Assembly: GCA_965644265.1 (NCBI GenBank)
Contig: OZ286470.1
Span: forward strand, 9,920,001-9,984,000
Reading direction: 5' to 3'
Source: Glycera tridactyla
Lineage: Eukaryota
DNA: 64,000 nucleotides
In this document: in pieces, positions 25,863 through 36,052 of the stretch
Layout: each line of letters opens with the position of its first letter
How positions within the stretch are numbered: the first letter of the stretch is position 1
The notes under the pieces: model-generated
The model's input: only the letters and a program-made list of their open reading frames with translations
Databases searched by the model: none
Told to the model about the DNA's origin: nothing
Position numbers and translations under genes: made by a program

Positions 25863-28800
25863 ATGGATAAAGGTTCTAAGAAGGGTGGGAGAAGAAAGTT
25901 GAATCGTGGAAGCCTCTTCAACACGCTAGGAATCCGATCGTTTTTTGCTAACTTGGGGAAGTCTGAGACGGGCAATATTGGGTTTGTTTACCCCGTCTCC
26001 AACGCTACAACGACAGCTTCCGCTACCGCTACCGGCACACCCGTGCTTTTCACCCCACCGGGCACCCGCAACAGAGTTACCCCCGACATGGTCTCAGTCA
26101 AGCCAGGTACGAGTGCTCAATCCTCGCACACGCCTTCACGCGTAGGCTCGTCTGCCCCATCTGCTCAGGGAAGTCCTGCAAACTTTGCTGACAAATGTCC
26201 CGCTAACAGTAATATTGTGATCAACAAATCGGCGCTTCTTGCATTACGAGTAGATGTTCCTGAGTCAATATCAAGCTGTGCAAATTTAAGTAGTGACGCC
26301 CACCCTCCCTTACCGAACATCTGCAAAAATGATGCTACGACGCTGTTACCGGAAGATGTTCGGCAGTTATCCCAACTGAGATGTTTGAAAAGTGATGATC
26401 CAAAATTATTATCTTCACCCAGTGTTATTGTTAAAAAGTTGGATTTTGATAGCCTACCAATTCCGTGCTCGAACACTGATGAGGGCATCAAGAGTGATGC
26501 CAGGCATAATACAACTGTTCCCCCAGTTATTACCTTTCTACAGGAGTCTGTGTTAAATGACAACCAGCCGTTTCACTTCGAAGCCACGAGTTCCCAATAT
26601 GCAAGTGGTGATCTGTCTGGCTACGCCTCTGATAGCAGTGTACTAATCATTGACACCCCTCAGCGCCGCCGGAAAACGTGGAAATCGTCACCATGTTTGA
26701 CTGACGATATGTATGATCCCTATGACAAATTGCTTCGCCCAATCACTACGGTTTCTCTGACTCGGACACAATCTGATTATTTCACAACTGAATCATTGCC
26801 AACCCCAGAACGCAAACGTGCCAGAGGTTCCCCTGACTTTGGAAGCGAGTCAAGGAGCCCAAAACGCCTAAACCGCGACAAAGCCACGCCCCCTCTGACA
26901 CAATCTAGTTCAGATCTCTCAAATGGTACATTGGTCACGGTTGAGTCACCTCTAGTTCCCCTCGACGGGGTCAACAAGCAAGCTCGGAATGAATCAGCGG
27001 TAGACTGTAATGAACTCAAGGCTGTAAATGACACGGGTATCCCCCATAATGACTCGTCCCCCGACAACACTGACCCTTCGGTCAGCACCGGAAGCCCGCC
27101 AGATGACGCCAATAACATGTCTGTCGATGAACCGATCAATCCGCTATCGCCGACAGACCTGTCTAATCATTCCGCCCCACCAGTGTCGACATCTCCGAAT
27201 CTATTACAGTCTGGTTCTAGGTGTCCAACACAAAATGAAGTTCCTACCCTAACAAATTCTGTACAGCAGCAACAGGAGCAGCAACCTTCGAAGCTGCTGA
27301 CAAGCGTGTCCACTCAAGCAGATCTAACTGACTCAATATCTGACTCAGTCCTACGTGCATTAAAAGTTGATATGCGACGTGAACTCCAAGACTCTTTGTA
27401 TGCCGTAATCAAGTCAGAAACTTCATCAGTCGAAAACCGGATTAAATCAGACACTCGTCGTGAATTCGAGAAATTTGTCATCAACACAGTCAAGGCAGAG
27501 TTTGCAACATCAGAAACCCGCATCAAAGACTCTGCCCGCCGTGAAGCACAAGAGTCTCTGTTTGGTGTTATTAAATCAGAAACCCTCATGGCAGAAGGTC
27601 GCATAAAGGAAAACCTACTCACCGAAGCAACCAAGGACATAGCTCGAATTGAACACCAGTTAGTGCAACTTCAGAGGGAAGTCAAATCTCTTCTGACCAC
27701 GCCGAAATATACGCCACCCCCCCAACCTCAGCAACCTGACAAAAGCTACCCTGAAGGCGAAGCTTCCCCGTTGGATCCGACGGTCAAAGAGAACAACAAC
27801 AGTCTCGAGGTCTCATTCCATAATTTTGTGACAAAAACTGAGAAGAGACTTGAAAAGACAGATTCACGTTTAGATGGTTTAGAGATGTCTGACAGAATGG
27901 ACTGTCTGATTGTGGAAGGGGCCGATATAGATCCTCACTTCTCAATTACCGAAAATATATTATATGCATTGAATGGCAGATGTGGGTTTAATCTGACCAA
28001 TTCTGATGTTATCAAATGTTCCTTTGTCGGAAGACATGGTCGCAACAAGCGTCCTGTGTTGATAAAATTCAAGGATGTAGATGTGAAAAGAGCAATCATG
28101 AAGAAAAAAGGCACTTTTATTGGCTCTAAGATATTTGTTAAAGAATATCTGATTTCAAACCAGACATCCCTATTTTATCAGGCACGGGAAGCTAAGCGCA
28201 GTGGCATTTTTGTCAAGGTATGGACTCATGATGGGGTGATTTGGGGTACCAGAAGTCATGTCAGTCTTCCCGAGGTAATCACAACTGATTTACTTGAGAC
28301 ATACCGCAAACAGTCACACAGTGAACACAAACAGCCTGACACAAGCAATAATGTGTCATCGGAACATACACCCAATACCAGAGTAGAACCACTCACCACG
28401 GCTGCTGCGCAGCCACCGGGTCAACATCAAACACCCGCCCTCGCACAGCAACCACCACCCTCAAGCGACACTCAATCATCAATACATCATCACAATCACA
28501 ACCAGAACCTAGGATACCAGCATGCTCACAACCTCACTCATGGGAACCATCAGGGATCATTTCAATGGAATCATCAATACAATCTGAATCAAGCCAGCCA
28601 TCTGAGACCGAATGCCCTACCCTTCTATCCACATCAGCCCCCGCCTTTACAGACCCACTCCTTCAGTCAGCTGAGACCACCTTTCTGGCAGTATAGCAAT
28701 AACCAACAATATAATCCAAACAATTACCAGCAACAGTTTCGATCTGTACATACCCAGCACATCAATGGCGCTTACCAACCTCATCAGCAACCACTCATGA

Positions 28801-28871
28801 ACAATCTGACGAATAACTATACAAACAGTCCTGCTGTCAATTCATGGAATGATAGTAATAATCAATCTTGA
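25863..28871 (+). CDS. LINE ORF1 protein (~1002 aa from first ATG): long disordered N-terminus, coiled coil, L1-ORF1-like RRM/CTD, Q/N/H-rich tail
   Basis: DRMDCLIVEG...RPVLIKFKD...KIFVKEYL...LFYQARE.K......VWT.DG.IW is the RRM+CTD pattern of L1/CR1-type ORF1p. The frame is uninterrupted (open from 25782). Confidence 0.8.
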   Translation: MDKGSKKGGRRKLNRGSLFNTLGIRSFFANLGKSETGNIGFVYPVSNATTTASATATGTPVLFTPPGTRNRVTPDMVSVKPGTSAQSSHTPSRVGSSAPSAQGSPANFADKCPANSNIVINKSALLALRVDVPESISSCANLSSDAHPPLPNICKNDATTLLPEDVRQLSQLRCLKSDDPKLLSSPSVIVKKLDFDSLPIPCSNTDEGIKSDARHNTTVPPVITFLQESVLNDNQPFHFEATSSQYASGDLSGYASDSSVLIIDTPQRRRKTWKSSPCLTDDMYDPYDKLLRPITTVSLTRTQSDYFTTESLPTPERKRARGSPDFGSESRSPKRLNRDKATPPLTQSSSDLSNGTLVTVESPLVPLDGVNKQARNESAVDCNELKAVNDTGIPHNDSSPDNTDPSVSTGSPPDDANNMSVDEPINPLSPTDLSNHSAPPVSTSPNLLQSGSRCPTQNEVPTLTNSVQQQQEQQPSKLLTSVSTQADLTDSISDSVLRALKVDMRRELQDSLYAVIKSETSSVENRIKSDTRREFEKFVINTVKAEFATSETRIKDSARREAQESLFGVIKSETLMAEGRIKENLLTEATKDIARIEHQLVQLQREVKSLLTTPKYTPPPQPQQPDKSYPEGEASPLDPTVKENNNSLEVSFHNFVTKTEKRLEKTDSRLDGLEMSDRMDCLIVEGADIDPHFSITENILYALNGRCGFNLTNSDVIKCSFVGRHGRNKRPVLIKFKDVDVKRAIMKKKGTFIGSKIFVKEYLISNQTSLFYQAREAKRSGIFVKVWTHDGVIWGTRSHVSLPEVITTDLLETYRKQSHSEHKQPDTSNNVSSEHTPNTRVEPLTTAAAQPPGQHQTPALAQQPPPSSDTQSSIHHHNHNQNLGYQHAHNLTHGNHQGSFQWNHQYNLNQASHLRPNALPFYPHQPPPLQTHSFSQLRPPFWQYSNNQQYNPNNYQQQFRSVHTQHINGAYQPHQQPLMNNLTNNYTNSPAVNSWNDSNNQS

Positions 28872-31409
28872 AATAGACTGTTCTAAGCACTGCCAACGTA
28901 AAGACACCTACGTCTCAGCTACATTCACCTTGAATGACCCCACCACTTCAAACAACACCACGATATCTAAACACATGCAGGCACCCCAACACAACCTTGA
29001 CCAGAAATCGACACATGTACATTGCACACGCCAATAGCTCAACGCTGTCTTATTTCTGTATATGTCAATATCACGGATCATGGTAACCATTTTAAAAATG
29101 CTTATATGGGCGCAGAATGTTGGCATTTGAATTCGACATGAACCCTCTTTTGGCCATAGGTTTATTTGAATATCATGCAAATTGTCGTGTGATTACATGA
29201 ATTCCCGCTTTTTCAGTTACACTTTTCCTGCCCGCTGCTTTTCATGGTTGTCATAACTGCTCAAGTGTGACAGGCCTGCGTGCCTTAATCACCCGCCGCA
29301 GACGTGTTTGACTTGACTGAGTTGTTGTTTTCTATCCTGTGTTTTGCACTAGTTTGTAATTTCTCGGGTTTCTGTTATAAGGAACATATAGACATCAGTG
29401 CATATCCAAGTAACTTAATATGACTCGAAATTGTTTATTTCAGTGTACCTATGACTCATCGACTATGAATGATTTCTCGAATCAGAGTGTGTATGTCCAT
29501 GGGGTGAGAGCGCCCAGACTTTTCTCTCAGCTGTTTCTCTATCTTCCATCTCCTCTCCTCTTTCACCGCATGATGATCTCACAACTCTGGTGGGAGCTCC
29601 CAAGCTTCTCACACCTATTTCTCTAATCTTGTCTCCTCTCTTCTTTCTCTGCATGATGATTTCATAACCATCTGCGTAGATAGAAACTATATTTTGCAAT
29701 ACGCATACACCTTTCTCACCAGGACAAATTATCAAGTTGAATTATCAGGATAGACGTGGTTAGTTATTATTAGACCCGGGTTAGCAACACGTCATGCAAC
29801 TTCGTAGGCGGTTCCAGATCCTACTTAGGCAAAGAAAGCAATATATGTGTAAATGGGGACCTCATCTCTGAAAGACTGACGGATTGCAGGGTGCCCATAT
29901 GTAAACAATATGGTTGCTTCGATATGATTTATATATATATTTTTGACACGATGTATATAGTTTGAATGATTTATTACTTATCTTAGTAGAATGACTGATT
30001 GAATCTTGACTCACTGAACATTTTCTTAATGTCCGTATGTTAACTGTATGATCACTTTGACTCGACTTATATAATTTCAACAACGTTTATATTGTTTTAT
30101 TGTACGATTGATTGAACCTCATGAGAGTATGCATGTGTGTGTGCCTCTGGTTTGGTCCTTTTACATGACTCATGCTCTACTATAGCGACTACTTGAATGT
30201 ACGTGATTATTCACAGCGTTCACCAGCCCTAACCTACTGCATATCACACGGTTCCAGAATAAGAACCTGGCCTCTATCGGGGGTGAAATTATACTGCAGA
30301 CGTGGGATTGTGGACCTTCATTGGATGTCATATCACGTCATTAGGATATTTTTGTACCAATTTTGTGCATGCTTTTATGTTGCTGCCGATAAAATTGTTG
30401 CATACCTGCTGTCTCTTTTGTCGGTCATTGGATCTATCCCGAAACCTGTAACGCCCATTCTGCTTAAATGTATATGCATATGTTCTTGTTGCAAATGTTA
30501 GTTGATTGGTAATAGTACCCGATTTGATCAAACTATTTGTTTGAGGACCCAACCTTAGGCCATCGCGCATTCTTTTACGGTGATTGTATATGGCCAGTTA
30601 CCCTATCTTCTTTGTCAGGAATACTCACGGCATTTCTTCTCATCCCAAATGACGATTGACGAATACGAACTATAGCTTGAAACCATCCCCGATAAGCTGT
30701 ATGTAAACACCACGTCAAAGGTGCATATGTCTCATGATCAGGTCTAAGTGAGAGTATTTGCAGTACATTATCTTATCCATCTATCATTTAGGGATCAGCC
30801 CAATTGCAGCAGATCTCTCATTTTTGCTACTGCGTATAGTCTAGCCTCCCTTAACGGTGACAGCATGTAACCAGTCTCGAGATACCTATATGAGGATCTC
30901 CTCGTATATTTCATCCATTCTCGCTATGACGGCCGTAAACTAGGAGCCATGTGTGAGAAAGCTCCGACAGACATATATGTATACAAATACGAAAGTGCTG
31001 TATGATATCCCATTTGCTCTACAAAACTACTGCATCAAGGTTGACAATAGCGCGTGGACATCCCACGCCTGAGGATGAAACACACCACCTACTGGATTTA
31101 CTCTGAATCTTTATTGCAACCAACAATCGCTATAATCATATCAATCACTGTGTATTTCTCCACCTTTTGAATGCCCATATGTTAACTAACATCATGCTGT
31201 CGTTTGAACCCTTTTAAACCCACACTTCGAAGCATACGGGATGTGAACCATCCTAATAAGTCTACATGTGTTTTATTTGTTGTCTTGCCCTCTCATATTG
31301 TATGTTATTAATCGAATTGGTAGGACAAAGTGGGAATGTCTCTTTATAAGCTCTCCCCAGAACCTCACTTACCGATCATCCACTTCATAATACTCATTTC
31401 ATCCAAACC

Positions 31410-34384
31410 ATGGCACCTAGGAAGGACAAGTTCGTCTTTCCGCTTGCAAGCTGTTTTGATGATAAGGACTATTGTTCGATGTCCTTATCAAACTTGCCAG
31501 GTATAGCAAATGCCTGTCTCAACATCCAAAGTTTGACACGTAAGATAGATGATGTTTCGAGCCTTCTAGCTTGCAGCAAAGTTGACATTTTATGCATCTG
31601 TGAAACATTCTTGAATTCATCCGTGAGTGACGAAGAACTTCATATCCCAGGATATTGTTTTCTCAGGTTCGACCGCACATCTGAGAGTGGCAAACTGTGT
31701 GGTGGAGGTCTTGGTGTGTATTACCAATCGCAATATGATATAGTTGTCAATGAAGACCTATGTAAATGTACCCCTGACATAGAAATCATGAGCTTCACTC
31801 TCAACCTGTATAGAGCCCGTCCAACCCACTACTTTTTAGTCTACAGGCCCCCAGATGGGTGTGTCACCAATGGGTTATCACTACTAGAATCTCTTATGTT
31901 AGACCCCTCCCTGAAGCTCCCGGCTGACGTCATCTTGCTTGGTGACACCAACATTTACACCCTCAAACCGGAGTGTCACAAGTCGAAATCTTATGCACTC
32001 TTTTGTGAAAAAGTAGGTGTCACTCATCTGATTGGTAGTCCGACACGAATACATCAAAATGGTGCAACATGTATTGACCATCTTGCAGTGAGCAGGCCCG
32101 AGTACTACTGGCGCTCAGGGATATTAGACCCATGTCTTAGCGACCATCACCTCATCTTCGTGGCTCGCAATCGTCAAAAACTCTCATCTGTCAAACATGA
32201 AATATCTTATAGATCATTTAAGAATTTAATGCCTGTACTTTTACTGACGAACTTGCGTCATCTGACTGGAGTCCTGTTTTTGGAAGTAGTGACGTCGAGA
32301 TAGCTGCCACTAATTTCACTACCACTTTCGTGAGTCTCATGAACAAAAATGCTCCTAAGAAAAACCTGCTGGCAAAAAGTGATCACCAGCCATGGGTGAC
32401 ACCTGAATATGTAGCAGCGATCGCATACTGTGAATCCAGATCAAAACGCAATAACGAACACCCGACTGACTACAACCGCGCTATGAAACGTGAATCCTTT
32501 CGCATCAAAACGAGGATGAAGAAACGCTTGAAACGCTCGTACATTTCTAATTGCTTACAAGATGCTGGAAATGATAGTAAGAAACTATGGAAGGAGATCA
32601 AGAGATTTTGGCCCTTAACACAGAAAGCACCAGTTACACCAAGCAGCGATAGTGATGACCAAGAGTCAATCCCGATTGAAGAGCAGGTCAATGAATATTT
32701 CACCAGCGTGGGTGCCCGACTGGCAGAGCAAATAAGTGCAGCGGGCGAGACTGACTTCCGTGAGCGAGATAATCGTACTAGACGTAATAATATTGATATC
32801 TCTCCGTCCTTCTCCCTAGTAGAAGTCTCACCCTCTGACGTCAGTGATTTCATTCTTGAGCTGAGCAACTCCTCTGCCTCAGGCATGGATGAAATCACAA
32901 GTTTCTTCCTGAAGATATCCTCTCAGGTGATTAGCCCCATATTAGCACACGTCTTTAATCTATCGCTCAGGCAAAATATCTTCCCAGCCAACTGGAAGGA
33001 AGCTGTAGTCACTATAATACACAAAGGTGGATCTTCAAAGGACTTTGGTAATTTTCGTCCGATTTCCCTATTGCCTGTCCTTGGGAAGCTCCTGGAGAAA
33101 ATTGTCCACGCTCAAATTACAAAATTTGTAAATGCACACGACATCCTTAACTCGGCTCAATTTGGGTTCAGGAAGGGGTTCTCCACTGGGTCGTGCCTCG
33201 TCAGCCTTCTGGATAAGATTTACCAGGGGGCTGACGAGGGTCGCCTCGCTGGAGTCCTCTTCCTGGACCTGAAAAAAGCCTTCGACACTGTCGATCACAA
33301 GCTTTTGATATCTGAACTTGAACACCTTGGCTTCAGTGACTCTTCTCTCTCATGGTTTATCTCATACCTCACCGACAGATCCCAAGCGACCAAGATAGGC
33401 AATTCAATCTCCACGCAGCTTCCGATTAAATATGGCGTACCCCAGGGGTCTATTCTTGGACCCCTCCTTTTTATACTCTATGTCAATGGTCTGAGTAACT
33501 GCCTGGAACACAGCTTCCCTTTCCTATATGCCGACGACACAGCACTACTTGTACTTGGTAAAAACTCTGATGAGGTTGAGGCAAAGTTAAACCTTGACCT
33601 AGCCCTGATCTCGGATTGGTTCAAAAGTAGAAGACTGACGTTAAATCTATGCAAATCGAATGTCATGGTATTTGGAACTGACCAGCGTCTCCGTAGATGC
33701 AGACAACTTGATATTAAATATAATGGCCAATCAGTTCATCAAGTTGACTGCTACAAATATCTGGGCATCCAACTAGATCCTGTTCTGTCTTTTAAGAACC
33801 ATGTTGATTATCTCGTGAAAAAAGTGAATTTTAGAAGGCGAGCGCTGTATTACCTCCGCCCCTCTATCAGCAGAGAAACTGCCCTTTTTCTGTACAATAA
33901 CCTCATTGACCCACTGTATACCTACAATGATTATGTGTATGATGCATGCTCGGAGACTCTAAGCAGTCGGCTCCAAGTGTCGCAGAACCGCTGCCTGAGT
34001 GTCGTTTGCGAGCAGGGGTGGGTTTACTCTGCCAGTGATTTACATTCGACACTTGGAACCGCCTATCTGAAAGAAACCCGTCGCTCGAATACCATCCTTG
34101 AGGTGTATCGTACTATGCATAATGCCAATGTACCCACATCTATTCTATTCTCATTAACAACACCGAGAGAAGAAGGTCCTGCCACCAGAGCTAACAGCCT
34201 GGTAAAGCAAAATAATATGTTGGACAAACCTTTCACACATCTCAAGTTTAGCGACGGGAATCTTCGGATCAGAGGTGCCAAGTACTGGAACTCGTCCAGT
34301 ACAGATATCAGAACATGTGACAGTCTGTCTGGCCTCAAACGTCTGTTGAAATCTTGCCAGCCCCAAACTCGACCAAACGCATGA
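31410..34384 (+). CDS. LINE ORF2 (APE endonuclease + reverse transcriptase), single -1 frameshift at ~32225-32227; ~991 aa if restored
   Basis: LNIQSL, ICETFL, YRPP, LLGDTN, SPTR, IDH, SDH (APE). FPANWK, FRPISLL, QFGFR, FLDLKKAFDTVDH, VPQGSILGP, YADD, KYLG (RT). Adding one T gives YRSFKNFNACTFTDELASSDWSPVF. Strong Kozak AACCATGG. Confidence 0.9.
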
Positions 34385-34631
34385 GTTTCTCCCTGTGAGA
34401 TATCAGTCACTGGATTTACCTAACTGTAGTTATTCATCACGTAGTGCTGTTCCAACAGCTTATCATAATCTACTATCTGATACGCAACAATATCTTGTAC
34501 ATAAATGTATTATTGATCTACCATGTACTGATGCTACTTTTATGCCTGGACTTATACTATGTACTTGTCAATATTGAATTTCAATGTAATTCCAGCATTT
34601 ATTCCGAGTACCTATGTCTTCTTGTATTTCG

Positions 34632-34728
34632 TTGCATAAGCACCTAATATGACCCATCTGGGTCAAGTGTAAAACTGTACTTCACTTCTTATGCAATAAA
34701 CATTTTCTGATTCTGATTCTGATTCTGA
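34632..34728 (+). promoter_or_regulatory. LINE 3'-terminal stem-loop, poly(A) signal and microsatellite tail
   Basis: GCATAAG/CTTATGC outer stem enclosing TGACCC/GGGTCA and AAGTG/CACTT hairpins, followed by AATAAA and (TTCTGA)4. Confidence 0.6.
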
Positions 34729-34730
34729 TG

Positions 34731-35070
34731 GATACTATCATGTCATCCTAATTTTTTCAAGTGATTCAACTGTTGGACTGTTGGATTGTGAATGCTATAT
34801 CATCGGCATATGAATTTAATGTCATGTTATTTAGATAATTTGGCATGTCATTGACATATTTGGTGAAAAGGAGTGGACCTAAAATTGATCCATGTGACAC
34901 TACTCTTGACGGTCTGGTGACTTGACAGGGCTCCTGAAATGATTTTATATGGCCATTTCAAGATGGAGAAGAGGAAGAAATGGCCGAGGATAATCCGCAA
35001 ATCAGTCATAACCCTGTGAATCAAATATCTATTCCCAGAGAATTTTGGGATATATTGTCCTATCAATCAA
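34731..35070 (-). pseudogene. Older antisense LINE, RT core (5' half of the split element)
   Basis: Minus strand reads VSHGSILGPLLFTKYVNDMPNYL...SYADDIAF...DDMIVS and continues in frame into 25751 when the insertion is removed. Confidence 0.75.
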
Positions 35071-36052
35071 ATCAGGTTGTGTCGGCATTGGAGGCAATCA
35101 ATGGATCCAGTCTGGTATAGGGCATGAATGGTACTCTTTATTCAGACACAATAGAGGTCAGTCTGGTGCACTAGACATTAAGATGGTCAGCTGAGGTGAC
35201 GTCTGCTCAGAGAATTTCAGTAGATCACACAATAGGAGGGTGTCCCGTCATGCAGAAGGGTATCGTGCTCCCATGCTCAGTGGACATGAGGGGAGACAAA
35301 TGACTTCTAGTCAATCCTTGAAATAACTTCTGGATCAAATGTTACTCAGGTTATAGCTTCACAATCACAAGTGGCAAGTCTGTCAACTAATTAGCTTCAT
35401 GTACATGGTCAGTTGTGACCAGAAATCAATACTGGATATCAGAAGTCATTGGAACTGCTGGGCCAAGCAATTCATGGGCTCTGGTGATGGTATATACCAT
35501 CTTCAGCTGATGGAAGAGGAGGTTGTATTGAGGTCCAATCATCTAAATCGAGAAAATCATGCAATGTTCATATCATTCTAAATGATTCATTCTTTGTTTC
35601 CTTAAGAGATTCATTTAATGCCATTTCAGAAATTAGATATTTTTATATATTGTTTGATTTTGAACTTAGATCCTACATAACTTTGGCAAAGCTATTCAGG
35701 ATTTTAGTACCGCATAGCACTACACTTGCCAATCTATGTTACAATATCACATGCGGTATCTCTGTGTCTGCTCAATTTCACTGTTGCCCCTTTGTGTACA
35801 TTCATCTTGCTTGGCAAAGACTGAAGTTGTGTAAGGAGAGACTGGGCCATCAATTAAAGGATATCTTACTATGGATTAACTGGTAAAATACCCATCAAAA
35901 GAGAGACTCTCTCCATCAATTCAATGTTCAGTGCGCCATGACTGCCAAGGCTCCAATTCATAGATTTATATGTATACAGATTTCTGTGAAAGCATGTGAC
36001 ACAGGGGCAATGAATTGGACTGGTACAGTTAGACATAGTGCTTGCCAAAATA

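Larger units (their letters stand above)
25754..34730 (+). mobile_element. Apparently full-length ~9.0-kb CR1/L2-group non-LTR retrotransposon
   Basis: ORF1, a 2538-nt spacer, APE-RT ORF2, 3' hairpin, AATAAA (34695-700) and (TTCTGA)4 tail (34705-28). Ends are fixed by the interrupted older LINE, with a 2-bp GA overlap at the junctions. Confidence 0.85.

Noticed and set aside
25923-25946. PIP-box-like TLGIRSFF in the ORF1 N-terminus
   Set aside because: Lacks the canonical Gln; a short motif that could arise by chance.
26165-27640. Minus-strand ORFs of 108-132 aa
   Set aside because: Antisense shadows of LINE ORF1.
29568-29660. C/D snoRNA suggested by two ATGATGA (box C) motifs
   Set aside because: No appropriately placed box D (CTGA) or terminal stem.
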